Shown here piece after piece: positions 46,542 to 55,986 of a stretch of DNA of 64,000 nt. The notes beneath the pieces are model-generated. The model did no database searches. It was given only the letters and a program-made list of their open reading frames with translations, and had not been told where the DNA came from. This DNA comes from a virus: IMG/VR virus record IMGVR_UViG_3300045988_103765, one strand, 5' to 3'. Position 1 is the first letter of the stretch, and the number at the start of each line of letters is the position of its first letter. The position numbers and the translations under genes are program-made.

Positions 46542-47429
46542 ATGAAAACGAATACATTAAAACATACAGTATCGAAAATATACATCGATAACGGTAATAC
46601 TTATAAAGTAATAGCAACCATTAAATTGCATGATGAATGTAAGAACGGTATGTGTTCATGGAGTATAACGGGCATACTCTATCAAAAGAAAGGAAACGGG
46701 CGTTTTTATAATATTGGGTATAGTTGCCTTCTTGAAGGAATATTAAAAGCTTCGCCAAAGTTAAAAATGTTTGTAGACCTTCATTTATGCGATTGGCATG
46801 GTGTGCCATTATATCCAGTTGGAAATGGGTATTACCTTTTGCAAAAAGATAAAAAGCAAGCAAAGAAATATTTGCGCGTAACTGATGAAGAACTGGAATT
46901 TTTGGCAAAGTGTGAAGACAAAGACTATTTTAAATACCAATTGTTTGCGCTTGGTATTGTGGAAAGATGGCAAGAAGAAAGCAGGAAAGCAATACAAGCA
47001 CTGGAAGAATTAACGGGTGATGTTTGGGTTAATCCATATAAGGAAAGCGAAGAACGCCACAGACTTGTTTTAAGTGACGAAGAACGCGAAGAAATAGAGG
47101 GGAAAATATTATCTGGATATTATACGGAAAGCGCGATACAAGAACGCCAAGAAGCTAAAAGAATTGCCGAAATAGAGAAAAGAAAAAACGAAGTGATTAA
47201 AACCTTTGAAAAAAGAATAAACAAAGCAACAAAAGAAAAAGATGTAAAATTAGCTATATTAGGGGCTGGATTATTATCAGATAATTATATCTACTATGTT
47301 GAAGGTAATAATGTAGTTTTCAATTATTATAGCTATCACGACAAAGTAACAGAAGAAGAATATAATAACATGCTTAAAAATATAGACTATTCTCTATTGC
47401 CGGAAGGAATTAAATTTGAATTCAAATAA
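46542..47429 (+). CDS. hypothetical protein with central charged coiled coil
   Basis: ORF track. Confidence 0.55.
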   Translation: MKTNTLKHTVSKIYIDNGNTYKVIATIKLHDECKNGMCSWSITGILYQKKGNGRFYNIGYSCLLEGILKASPKLKMFVDLHLCDWHGVPLYPVGNGYYLLQKDKKQAKKYLRVTDEELEFLAKCEDKDYFKYQLFALGIVERWQEESRKAIQALEELTGDVWVNPYKESEERHRLVLSDEEREEIEGKILSGYYTESAIQERQEAKRIAEIEKRKNEVIKTFEKRINKATKEKDVKLAILGAGLLSDNYIYYVEGNNVVFNYYSYHDKVTEEEYNNMLKNIDYSLLPEGIKFEFK

Positions 47430-47625
47430 TAATAATAGAACTATGAGTATAACAGATTTTTATAACGGACGCTTTGTTAGCGGTAAAATATTAAAGCGTG
47501 ATTATCGCATTATATGGCAACGAATTGTAATAGCTACAGCCGCTTTGTGTGGAATGTTCATTTTTATGATGGCTATTCAGTTAATGTGTTGGTTATCTAA
47601 TTTGTGTAACTACGTTTTTAGGTAA
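47416..47625 (+). CDS. small membrane protein
   Basis: Contains a TM segment (IVIATAALCGMFIFMMAIQLMCW). Confidence 0.45.
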   Translation: MNSNNNNRTMSITDFYNGRFVSGKILKRDYRIIWQRIVIATAALCGMFIFMMAIQLMCWLSNLCNYVFR

Positions 47626-47629
47626 TAGC

Positions 47630-47830
47630 ATGAAGTTAATAACGAAATTTAAGCCCGAACTAAAAGAGTTTATAAGCCTGCAAGGGTTGAATATCAATGA
47701 TATAATGAAGGCAGTGAGAAACGGAAATCTGTTTATTTATAAGGCAGAAACAAAGCGCGAAATATTGTATCATGGTATTACTAATTTAAAGCACCCGTAT
47801 ATATTATCAGAGCATAAGCTTCCATTATAA
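47630..47830 (+). CDS. hypothetical protein
   Basis: ORF track. Confidence 0.5.
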   Translation: MKLITKFKPELKEFISLQGLNINDIMKAVRNGNLFIYKAETKREILYHGITNLKHPYILSEHKLPL

Positions 47831-47852
47831 CAAAAAGTTATAACTGTTTTGG

Positions 47853-47886
47853 TAATATATATAATATATATAATATATATAATATA
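47853..47886. repeat. tandem (TAATATATA)x3 plus a partial unit
   Basis: Counted directly. Intergenic. Confidence 0.9.
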
Positions 47887-47901
47887 ACAATAAAGTAGTG
47901 T

Positions 47902-48204
47902 ATGAAAACTTATAAAAATTTTGAAGAAGACTTTGAGAAGGCAAAAGCAAACATGGAACTTCTGGAAAACATTGTGTCTGTAGGCATTCCAAAGAAACAA
48001 GCGGTTTACTTTAATAGCATATCAGTAGATAGTAAGTACAGCATGGGACAAAGAACGTATCTATACGTAGGTGATAAATTGGTGCATTGCAATGATGAAA
48101 GAAAGTTTTATGTAGGGCACAACAAATTTATTGAAACACACGGAAAAATAGTTGTCCGCTTCAACAAAGGAGAATTTAAAAAGTATATGGCTATGTGCGA
48201 ATAA
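47902..48204 (+). CDS. hypothetical protein
   Basis: ORF track. Confidence 0.55.
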   Translation: MKTYKNFEEDFEKAKANMELLENIVSVGIPKKQAVYFNSISVDSKYSMGQRTYLYVGDKLVHCNDERKFYVGHNKFIETHGKIVVRFNKGEFKKYMAMCE

Positions 48205-48363
48205 ATGTATAAAGCCCTTATTATAGAAGCTAACGCATCTAAATACATCAGTTTAGTCGATAATGCAAAAGAGCTTATAAAGCCTAATATCAACATTAAA
48301 ATCAGCCAGTTTAACAGAAACACGGGTTTAGGCTGCATTACCATATCAAAACAATTTGTATAA
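48205..48363 (+). CDS. small hypothetical protein (52 aa)
   Basis: Below the cutoff. Its ATG directly abuts the previous stop (TAAATG). Confidence 0.35.
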   Translation: MYKALIIEANASKYISLVDNAKELIKPNINIKISQFNRNTGLGCITISKQFV

Positions 48364-48383
48364 CTTCTAAATATTAAAAAACT

Positions 48384-48455
48384 ATGGCATTAATAATAAT
48401 TATCGGATTTATCGGCTGTTTGTTGTCTGGAGAACTCATTAAATTAGGCAGATAA
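48384..48455 (+). CDS. 23-aa single-TM micro-protein
   Basis: Sequence MALIIIIGFIGCLLSGELIKLGR. Its stop overlaps the next ATG (TAATG). Confidence 0.3.
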   Translation: MALIIIIGFIGCLLSGELIKLGR

Positions 48456-48601
48456 TGGGAAAGTTCATGCTTCTACTATTGGTGTGGGATATTGTGGCTT
48501 TATTTGCCATCATACTACGTCCTAACTTCAAATATAGTAGTGATGTTATCAGTTGGCTTATAGCCGGAATAGCTTTGTCTGTAATAATAATAATCAGTTA
48601 G
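48455..48601 (+). CDS. 48-aa two-TM micro-protein
   Basis: Sequence MGKFMLLLLVWDIVALFAII...IAGIALSVIIIIS. Confidence 0.35.
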   Translation: MGKFMLLLLVWDIVALFAIILRPNFKYSSDVISWLIAGIALSVIIIIS

Positions 48602-48608
48602 TAATAAG

Positions 48609-49208
48609 ATGGATAATAGCAATAATGAGATATGGAAAGATATTATTGGATTTGAGCAATATTATCAAGTAAGCAATTTAGGTCGTGTTAGAAGCAAAGA
48701 TAGAATTGTCATAACTCCTAAAACTTCTTATTTTAAAAAAGGAAGAATATTAATTCCTTCTTTAGATGGCAAAGGAAATTATTTATTTGTAGGTCTACAT
48801 GTTAACAATAAAGTTAAACTTATCTATATTCATAGATTGGTTGCTCAGAATTTTATACCAAATCCTCACAACTATAAGCAAGTTAACCATATCAATGAAA
48901 ATAAAAAAGATAATAGGGCAGATAATTTAGAATGGTGTACAGCTGAATATAATATGAACTATGGTACAGCCATGCAAAGGGCGAAAGAAACCTATGCTTC
49001 ACATTATGATAGGAGTGCTATTGCTAAAAATAATGCTATTAAAAAGAAAGTTATACAATATACACTTGATGGCAAGTATATTAAAGAATGGGATTCTTTA
49101 ACAGATATACAAAATGAATTAGGCTTTTGCAGAAGCAATATCTCAAAATGTTGTGAAGGGAAGTATAAACAAGCTAATAACTTTATATGGAAATTTAAAA
49201 AAGATTGA
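48609..49208 (+). CDS. HNH homing endonuclease (NUMOD4 + HNH_3 type)
   Basis: The N-terminus EIWKDIIGFEQYYQVSNLGRVRS is NUMOD4-like. HRLVAQNFIPNP..QVNHINENKKDNRADNLEW is the HNH part. Confidence 0.8.
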   Translation: MDNSNNEIWKDIIGFEQYYQVSNLGRVRSKDRIVITPKTSYFKKGRILIPSLDGKGNYLFVGLHVNNKVKLIYIHRLVAQNFIPNPHNYKQVNHINENKKDNRADNLEWCTAEYNMNYGTAMQRAKETYASHYDRSAIAKNNAIKKKVIQYTLDGKYIKEWDSLTDIQNELGFCRSNISKCCEGKYKQANNFIWKFKKD

Positions 49209-49210
49209 TT

Positions 49211-50029
49211 ATGAAAAAGTTTGTATCATGGAGAAGGGTTTCTACCATATATCAAAAGAAAACCGGGTTGGGTCTTGAATCACAAAAAAATATAATAAAT
49301 CATTTTGTTCAAATAGAAAACGGAACTTTAATAGCTGACTTTTGCGAAGTATATACGGGTAAGGACCTAAATGAATGCACTGAATTAAGGAAGGCAATAT
49401 CTTTTGCAAAAGAAAATAATGCAATATTAATAATAGCTAAAACTGACCGATTTAGAAATACGGTTGAAGCATTACAAATATATGACGAAATGGGAGAAGG
49501 AAATATTTATTTTTGTGATATTCCACATACAGACAAATTTACCCTTACCTTATTTTTCGCTTTGGCAGAAAGGGAAGCTTTATTAGTATCTATAAGAACA
49601 AAGGCAGCTTTAGCGGTGAATAAAGCAAAAGGCATACTATCTGGACGTGCTAATAGTAATTATCAAATTAAAGATGAAACAAAAGAAAAAGCTATTCTCA
49701 AAGGGGCTATTACAAAAAATAAAGCTACGATTGAAAGTGAAGAATTTTCTTGTTTCTGTAGAATACTACGAAAAGTGATACCTATACTGAATGAAAATTC
49801 TACGGATGAAGAACTATTCTTCTTAAACTGGACTAAATACCGTACAAGTTTTGTCCTTACTAAAGATTACAAAGCGGAAATAAAGGAACTCATGCAGGAA
49901 GCTAATAGGAACAACAGCAAACTGTTTATCGGAGTTGACTTCACGAATGCTAATTTTTATCAGTATATTAGTAGCCGCGTACAAGCTACGTTCAATTCAA
50001 TTTCTAAATACAAAGAATATAACTTATGA
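49211..50029 (+). CDS. small serine recombinase (resolvase/invertase catalytic domain, atypical C-terminus)
   Basis: Contains WRRVSTIYQ (catalytic Ser), KTDRFRN and an E-helix (ALAEREALLVSIRTKAALAVNKAKG). The C-terminal ~120 aa has no recognisable HTH. Confidence 0.7.
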   Translation: MKKFVSWRRVSTIYQKKTGLGLESQKNIINHFVQIENGTLIADFCEVYTGKDLNECTELRKAISFAKENNAILIIAKTDRFRNTVEALQIYDEMGEGNIYFCDIPHTDKFTLTLFFALAEREALLVSIRTKAALAVNKAKGILSGRANSNYQIKDETKEKAILKGAITKNKATIESEEFSCFCRILRKVIPILNENSTDEELFFLNWTKYRTSFVLTKDYKAEIKELMQEANRNNSKLFIGVDFTNANFYQYISSRVQATFNSISKYKEYNL

Positions 50030-50580
50030 AGATACTTCAAATAGCCCTAATAACTAAAAAGGGCAACGTCTTTAATGTAAAGATGCAGATTGACGAAGTT
50101 GTGTATGAGAGTAAAGAAGAAGTAAGGGAAAAACTACTTTCTGTATTTGCAAATAGGAAGGATGCTATAGTAGACGTTGTAATCCATTCCATGCAAGACG
50201 AATTAGGGCTTTCCGACTACTCCAATGAACAACTTAAGGCTGAACTGAAAAGAAGAGTAAATATCGCGCGTATGAAAGCGATTAGAGAGAAGCCCAAGTA
50301 TTATTATTGGGAAGGAATTGTAGTTGATATTCTGAGGCGATATAATAGGTTTGCCAAGTGGAAGTTTAAAATAGATTCCGAAGAGTTGGCGGCAAGTGAA
50401 AATTTTTCGTATTTGAATAAATGGCACGCCTTTGAGATGATAAGTGGTGCTTTCAATATGACAACTGCACTAAAGGTTGGGGATAGGGTCAAATTAAGAT
50501 ATCGTGTAGTAAAAAGCCATTTCCGCTCCTATAGAGATTCTAAAATCGTATCAGTAATAGAACGGGCTGACTTGTCATAA
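50026..50580 (+). CDS. hypothetical protein
   Basis: ORF track. Overlaps the previous gene by 4 nt. Confidence 0.55.
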   Translation: MKILQIALITKKGNVFNVKMQIDEVVYESKEEVREKLLSVFANRKDAIVDVVIHSMQDELGLSDYSNEQLKAELKRRVNIARMKAIREKPKYYYWEGIVVDILRRYNRFAKWKFKIDSEELAASENFSYLNKWHAFEMISGAFNMTTALKVGDRVKLRYRVVKSHFRSYRDSKIVSVIERADLS

Positions 50581-50617
50581 TAGCAGGCAGTGACTTGTAA
50601 ACTAAAACTATAAAGAG

Positions 50618-50920
50618 ATGAAAGCAATATTAATAGCAACCAAAGAAACAATTGACGTAATAAAGGCTGGGGAATATACCAACATTTACGTAACAGAGGA
50701 CGGGAAACAGTCGTTCTTAGGTGATGAACTTATTCTTCTTGATGAAGTGAAGAGAGAAGCAAAGGGGCGTGATTGGGAAGAGGTTCGGATAAATGCTGCA
50801 ATAGCAACAATGCAAACACTTTTAAATAATCCACAATATGAGAACAAATCAATAATAGCCATAGCTGACATGAGCGTAAGTATGGGTGATGTATTGATTA
50901 AAAAGCTGAAAGGAGAATAA
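50618..50920 (+). CDS. hypothetical protein
   Basis: ORF track. Confidence 0.5.
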   Translation: MKAILIATKETIDVIKAGEYTNIYVTEDGKQSFLGDELILLDEVKREAKGRDWEEVRINAAIATMQTLLNNPQYENKSIIAIADMSVSMGDVLIKKLKGE

Positions 50921-50977
50921 TATGGGATGTGATTGTTGCCCGGATTGTGTAGAACAAAAATAACAAATAGAATAGTT

Positions 50978-51172
50978 ATGAAAACAGTAAAGTTGTCAAA
51001 TTTGAATGTTGGTGATATTTTCATGTTTAAAGACGTGATGTATGAAATTATCAACAAAACACAATGGATATCTACATGTAAATATGTTAACGATAAATAT
51101 CAATATGGAGGCTGGCTATCACATAAGTATCTATATTGTAATTTTAGTAACTATACAAAAGTTGAAATATGA
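50978..51172 (+). CDS. hypothetical protein
   Basis: ORF track 50933..51172. The first ATG is at 50978. Confidence 0.45.
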   Translation: MKTVKLSNLNVGDIFMFKDVMYEIINKTQWISTCKYVNDKYQYGGWLSHKYLYCNFSNYTKVEI

Positions 51173-51303
51173 AACATATATTGGATTGGTATAATGAAAA
51201 TACTCCTCAAAATGAGGATGAATACGAAAAAGGATGCTTGACAAGTGCTGCAATAATAGCAATAATCTTCATAGCATTAACAGTAGCAATAATAAATATT
51301 TGA
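51169..51303 (+). CDS. 44-aa C-terminally anchored membrane micro-protein
   Basis: Below the cutoff. ATGA overlap with the previous gene. The C-terminus is AAIIAIIFIALTVAIINI. Confidence 0.35.
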   Translation: MKHILDWYNENTPQNEDEYEKGCLTSAAIIAIIFIALTVAIINI

Positions 51304-51310
51304 TTTGAAA

Positions 51311-51613
51311 ATGGAAAAACAACCGATTAGCATACAAGACGTGATACAAGAACTTCGCGACTTGTTCAGAGTGACTAATGGAGCGTTTTCAAGTGAGATG
51401 GACGGAATATTCTTTATTGACAAAAGGCAATATTCTGCGTCTGAGGTACATATGAAGCTTGAAATGTACTTCAATGACAAGTACATAATCAACGGACTCT
51501 GTAAGATATATCCAAATTGTGTGACTTATACACGATTTGAGATTAAGAGCATTGACAAGCTGATGCCTAACTACAAGCTGATGGGATGTTATACACCAAA
51601 AAAGGAGGACTAA
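51311..51613 (+). CDS. hypothetical protein
   Basis: ORF track 51305..51613. ATG at 51311. Confidence 0.5.
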   Translation: MEKQPISIQDVIQELRDLFRVTNGAFSSEMDGIFFIDKRQYSASEVHMKLEMYFNDKYIINGLCKIYPNCVTYTRFEIKSIDKLMPNYKLMGCYTPKKED

Positions 51614-51616
51614 ATC

Positions 51617-51877
51617 ATGGCGAAAAGTATATTTACTCCAATGGAGAAGTTCAACGAAATTTTGGCGGTCTATAAACTTAAATCGAGTAATATCGGAGAG
51701 TATGAGGGAAAGCACATCAGAGTATTCCACAATGAGAAGAAACTGTTTGATTACTACCCGTGCCGGATGAAGCTATTTGACTACCACAGTTGGCATCAGC
51801 TAAGTTATCCTATGCACGGGAATAAGGATTGGGAAAAGGAACTAAGAACAATAATTGAAAAACTGATAAGACAATGA
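51617..51877 (+). CDS. hypothetical protein
   Basis: ORF track. Confidence 0.5.
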   Translation: MAKSIFTPMEKFNEILAVYKLKSSNIGEYEGKHIRVFHNEKKLFDYYPCRMKLFDYHSWHQLSYPMHGNKDWEKELRTIIEKLIRQ

Positions 51878-52299
51878 AGAAGTTAGTAATGACATTGATT
51901 TGCCTGCTTTCACTGATGGCAAGTATGCAGGCGCAAACAGACTGGAAGAGCCAGCTAAACTATTTGTACGGCACATGGACTGTGCAATATATACAAGACC
52001 GCAACGAGAATGTAAGCACACCGCCAAACTTGGTGACAATGAAGTTCAACCGGGATATGACTTGTACCATAATCCAAGACGGACATAAGATACAAGGCAC
52101 ATTCAAAGCGGAACAATTCATGCAAGGTGAGTTTGAGTTGTTTACTGGACTTTTTGTACAAGTATATACCAACAAAAGCAAGAAGACAATTCTGTACTTC
52201 CAAGTGTATGACATTAATAACAGCAAGGGAGTTATCAGCGTGCCGGAGGTTAAAGAGTATTGGCAGATAAAAAAGAACCTATTTGAGCTGGATGATTAA
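51874..52299 (+). CDS. secreted lipocalin-like protein
   Basis: Has a signal peptide (MKKLVMTLICLLSLMASMQAQ) followed by a beta-rich ~120-aa domain (YGTWTVQYIQD...). Confidence 0.5.
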   Translation: MKKLVMTLICLLSLMASMQAQTDWKSQLNYLYGTWTVQYIQDRNENVSTPPNLVTMKFNRDMTCTIIQDGHKIQGTFKAEQFMQGEFELFTGLFVQVYTNKSKKTILYFQVYDINNSKGVISVPEVKEYWQIKKNLFELDD

Positions 52300-52481
52300 T
52301 AATTGTTAATAGTTTGACTTGTTTTTTGGAACTTTCAAAAATAACAGCGTTCTTTGCATTGCAATCGAGAGGTAGAATGTTCGGTGATAAACGATATTAG
52401 GATTCAATAGCAATTCAACATATAGCTTACATTGGCACATTCTACCTGCAATCGTGCAGCCTGCCAGTGTATAGCAAATCT

Positions 52482-52516
52482 AAAAGCACTGGGAGTTTTC
52501 TCGGTGCTTTTTGCTT
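52482..52516 (+). terminator. rho-independent terminator
   Basis: AAAAGCAC / GTGCTTTT form an 8-bp stem (with an inner GAG/CTC extension) followed by a T-run. Confidence 0.6.
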
Positions 52517-52855
52517 TATTATGCTAAACGGCAGAAGGTTTCTTATCTCCACACCTCGCATACGATGCTTTAACATTGAAAATGGGATATTGTACTAACA
52601 AACTATGTAACTGCTGGATAATGATAGCAATGCCTTGCCAGACAACTATCGACTTCATGCCTTTTAATAACGAAGTAGATTACATAGAACGAAAATATAA
52701 ATCCTACATAAGTAGGTGGAGGGTACGGGAGTGTTGTTAGTGCATGTAGGCGTTAAAGTAAGCCGAAAATATTCTTTTTATTATTTATCTTTTAAATCTT
52801 TAGATAAATGGTATGAAGGATATAAAAGGCAAACTATATTAGTAATTGAAATATT

Positions 52856-53353
52856 ATGAAAAAGAAGCCTAAAAACAAGAAATGGAACAAAGGAACGACT
52901 AAGAAGAAACTTATTGTTCAAACTCCATTAGGACTTTATAATGCAAAAAGTTATATCAAAGACTATGCAATCATTGCTAAGTTTTCCAGTATGTCGGATA
53001 GTACGAAGGATTGGATTGAAGTCCATAGATATGATTTACAAAACAAAGCAAATAAGTATGAACACTTTGTGGGAAATTATCTGATTAAAAAAGGTATTAA
53101 TTTTATCCACCAAGCACCTTTTGTTATCAATCGAAAGATTTACTTCTTGGATTTCTTTATTCCTACATTAAGAATTGCTTTAGAGATTGATGGTATATAT
53201 CATTCATCATCAAAACAGAATGAAAAAGATTCGTTTAGGGATAAGGACTTTAAAACGATTGGAATTAAAACTATTAGAATAAGTAATGATGAAGCTAAAG
53301 ACGAAAAAATATTAGATATTCGGATGAAAGCGGAAGGCATTATTAAACTTTAA
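52856..53353 (+). CDS. DUF559 (Vsr-like) endonuclease-domain protein
   Basis: YFLDFFIPTLRIALEIDGIYH...D..RD..FKTIGIKTIRISNDE is the typical DUF559 core. Confidence 0.65.
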   Translation: MKKKPKNKKWNKGTTKKKLIVQTPLGLYNAKSYIKDYAIIAKFSSMSDSTKDWIEVHRYDLQNKANKYEHFVGNYLIKKGINFIHQAPFVINRKIYFLDFFIPTLRIALEIDGIYHSSSKQNEKDSFRDKDFKTIGIKTIRISNDEAKDEKILDIRMKAEGIIKL

Positions 53354-53365
53354 AATATAAGTACC

Positions 53366-54208
53366 ATGAAGATTATTTTCTTAGACATTGATGGAGTTGT
53401 TTCTACCCATCGTTGCCAATGGCAACTTGACCCAGAAAAAATGGAATTGATAAAGAGGATATGTGATGCTACGGATGCTAAGATAGTGATTACTTCTTCT
53501 TGGAGGGGACATAACTTGAAACAGACCATAGAGAATTTGGTTGACTTGGAGAGAGAAGCAGGACACCAGCCTTTTTTATATCCCGAACTTATTGTCGGAT
53601 GTACTGACAGAATGTATTGCTTCAAACATGGAAATAGAGATACTCATTTTACACTTCCTCGCGGTTGCGAAATACAACGTTACTGTTTTGAGCACGAAGA
53701 AATTGAAAGTTATGTTATTCTTGATGATGATTCGGACATGCTTCTTAAACATAAGGACAAGTTTATTCAGACCAATGCCTTGTTGGGTATCTCCGAAGAA
53801 GATACAAAGAAAGCCATCGCTATATTGAAAGGTAAGAAACGTGCTTCGACAACAAGTAAATTATTTGATGTCCGTGCCGACTTGTCCTATGTCAGTGAGG
53901 AACTGAAAGATGCTTGGAACATCTGGCTTGACTACAAGGACGAAATAAAGAAGCAGTACAAGACGGAACGAGGCGCAAAGATGATGTATTCCAAGTTGGA
54001 AAAGTATTCCGATGGCAATCCGATTCTTGCCAATGCCATTGTCAACGAAGCCATCTGCCATAGCTGGGACGGATTCTATTCTTTATCTGACAAACAGAAA
54101 GACTTTTTCTTATCGGATAAAAGCCCTTATAGGAGCGAAAATTCCAATTCTTCCTACATAGCCAAGAGATTGCAGGAGTTGGACGAGAAAATCGAAAAAT
54201 ACAAGTGA
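53366..54208 (+). CDS. HAD-like hydrolase domain protein with extra C-terminal domain
   Basis: Contains MKIIFLDIDGVV (DxDG motif I), ITSSWR and VILDDDSD. Confidence 0.55.
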   Translation: MKIIFLDIDGVVSTHRCQWQLDPEKMELIKRICDATDAKIVITSSWRGHNLKQTIENLVDLEREAGHQPFLYPELIVGCTDRMYCFKHGNRDTHFTLPRGCEIQRYCFEHEEIESYVILDDDSDMLLKHKDKFIQTNALLGISEEDTKKAIAILKGKKRASTTSKLFDVRADLSYVSEELKDAWNIWLDYKDEIKKQYKTERGAKMMYSKLEKYSDGNPILANAIVNEAICHSWDGFYSLSDKQKDFFLSDKSPYRSENSNSSYIAKRLQELDEKIEKYK

Positions 54209-54219
54209 TATAACATTAA

Positions 54220-54450
54220 ATGAAGAATATTATGAAGCGTAGGGAGTTAAATATTGGAGATATTATTCAAGTCGGGTATAATCAAGTCAAAGTTGTACGT
54301 GATGAAAAAGTTTCATGTGATGCTTGCTATTTTAGACCGATTTGTGCTAAAGATTATGAAGCATTAGGATGGAAACAAGAAAACTTTGGATTTTGTTCTG
54401 AAAATGAGAGATTAGACAATGTAAATGTTCATTTTGAATTAGTAGAATGA
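54220..54450 (+). CDS. hypothetical protein
   Basis: ORF track. Confidence 0.5.
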   Translation: MKNIMKRRELNIGDIIQVGYNQVKVVRDEKVSCDACYFRPICAKDYEALGWKQENFGFCSENERLDNVNVHFELVE

Positions 54451-54451
54451 T

Positions 54452-54652
54452 ATGGAAGTAAAGAGTGGAAGAATGTTTGAGAAAGAGATACTTCCTTTTA
54501 TGGAAGAAATGATTATGCAAAAGCTCCGTACATATAACGTATATAGCATAAATGAGTACGAAGACATACGGAAGGCGGTGAGATATTCAATAAGGTTTTG
54601 CAAGAAAAATAAAATTGTTAGATATGGAAGTAAAGAACGGAATAATAATTGA
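54452..54652 (+). CDS. hypothetical protein
   Basis: ORF track. Shares a 16-nt start region (GATATGGAAGTAAAGA) with the next gene. Confidence 0.45.
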   Translation: MEVKSGRMFEKEILPFMEEMIMQKLRTYNVYSINEYEDIRKAVRYSIRFCKKNKIVRYGSKERNNN

Positions 54653-54845
54653 CGGAGTGCTACATGAGGCAATAAATCTTAGAACAATTATTTGCTATTG
54701 CGATAAATGCTCTTTGTTTTACACTTGCCGCAAATGCTTAAAGGAGGACTGTTTGTGTAATATTTTTGGATTAAGTACAAATAATAGAATACGTTTCATC
54801 AGCCGTGGCAAAGTGACTAACATAGAAATAGAGGAAACAAAATGA
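54624..54845 (+). CDS. hypothetical Cys-rich protein
   Basis: ORF track 54615..54845. ATG at 54624. Confidence 0.45.
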   Translation: MEVKNGIIIDGVLHEAINLRTIICYCDKCSLFYTCRKCLKEDCLCNIFGLSTNNRIRFISRGKVTNIEIEETK

Positions 54846-55285
54846 AAAATCAAGTTCTAAATATCAAGCAAATGCAGCACCTAAAAGAATTAGGTGTTGA
54901 TATAAGCAAAGGAAGCATGGTTTGGTTGCCATATAGAGAAATGAAAGGTTCTCCCGAAATACCAATAGAATTATGTGATAAGTATTATCATCTGGAATTT
55001 GCTTATTCGCTAAGACCTATACTACCAGAGGAAGAAATGTTATATACTTTTACATTGCAGGATATTATCGAAATGCTTCCACGCAGCATCCAACCTAATC
55101 TGAATGAAGGAACATATTATCTTAACCTATATTATTATGACGAGTTGTGGGTAGTAGATTACCTGAATAATGAAGGTGACGGAAGTTGGTTTACTACAAC
55201 ATCAGATGATAGCTTTATCAAAGCTGCCTACCAAATGCTATGTTGGTGTGTAGAAAATGGATATTTGAAAGGAGGTGAGAAATGA
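54842..55285 (+). CDS. hypothetical protein, paralogue family A (C-terminus ..AAYQMLCW.VENG)
   Basis: ORF track. Paralogous to 57349..57730. Confidence 0.55.
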   Translation: MKNQVLNIKQMQHLKELGVDISKGSMVWLPYREMKGSPEIPIELCDKYYHLEFAYSLRPILPEEEMLYTFTLQDIIEMLPRSIQPNLNEGTYYLNLYYYDELWVVDYLNNEGDGSWFTTTSDDSFIKAAYQMLCWCVENGYLKGGEK

Positions 55286-55503
55286 CAATACGAGATTTAG
55301 CGCATTTATTGCTTACTGCACGAGATTTAGACCAAGATGTAAAGATATCCAGCGGAGGCTATAAATCTCATATTACAAGGGTGGAATTTGTAGAAAACGG
55401 TGAGTTCGTAATTGGTTCAAACGGGTACAATAGGGATAAAATTACGGTAATAACCGAAATTGAAGTAAAATCCCCATACGATGAAGAACCAAAAATATTT
55501 TAA
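55282..55503 (+). CDS. hypothetical protein
   Basis: ORF track. Confidence 0.5.
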   Translation: MTIRDLAHLLLTARDLDQDVKISSGGYKSHITRVEFVENGEFVIGSNGYNRDKITVITEIEVKSPYDEEPKIF

Positions 55504-55508
55504 AGATT

Positions 55509-55691
55509 ATGACTGAAAAGATATTTAAAAAAGAAGACAAGATTTATAGACTTACTTGCGAATTAATTATAGAATATAATAAGGTAAGTTATAGATTAAA
55601 TCTTACATGGAGAATGAAAGGAAAGCATAGATGGTGGGTATTGCCCGGATATTATGAATGCAGCCTATCAGATGTTGTGTTGGGTGATTGA
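55509..55691 (+). CDS. chimeric small ORF running into direct-repeat copy A
   Basis: Its last 15 codons read repeat copy A in a different frame from the homologous gene end at 57656..57730. Confidence 0.35.
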   Translation: MTEKIFKKEDKIYRLTCELIIEYNKVSYRLNLTWRMKGKHRWWVLPGYYECSLSDVVLGD

Positions 55692-55986
55692 AAACGGACA
55701 TTTAGAAACAGACAAGTAATGATATGGAACGAATAGTAGAATTAAGAGGATTAGAAGGAGTATATTGTAGTGATGTAGTTCATGCTTATATGTCTTGCAA
55801 TGCAGAAGACGTTCAAAAAGCTTTGGAGATTGGGATTCCATGTACTGGAGCAAATGACTACGGAGCGTATAACATCTATTTTGACGATTACGGAAGAATA
55901 TGTTTTGAATATATGCAACGTTGTGTAACAAGAGAATACAGATACGTTGAATCAATAGAAGAGGCTATAGACTGGATGAATAGGTT
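55645..55986 (+). repeat. 342-bp perfect direct repeat, copy A
   Basis: Identical to 57656..57997 (offset 2011). Near-identity continues for ~24 more nt. Confidence 0.95.

Noticed and set aside
50922-50963. 13-codon Cys-rich micro-ORF (MGCDCCPDCVEQK)
   Set aside because: It is too short to support from sequence alone. I noted it only because several other Cys-rich micro-ORFs occur in this arm.
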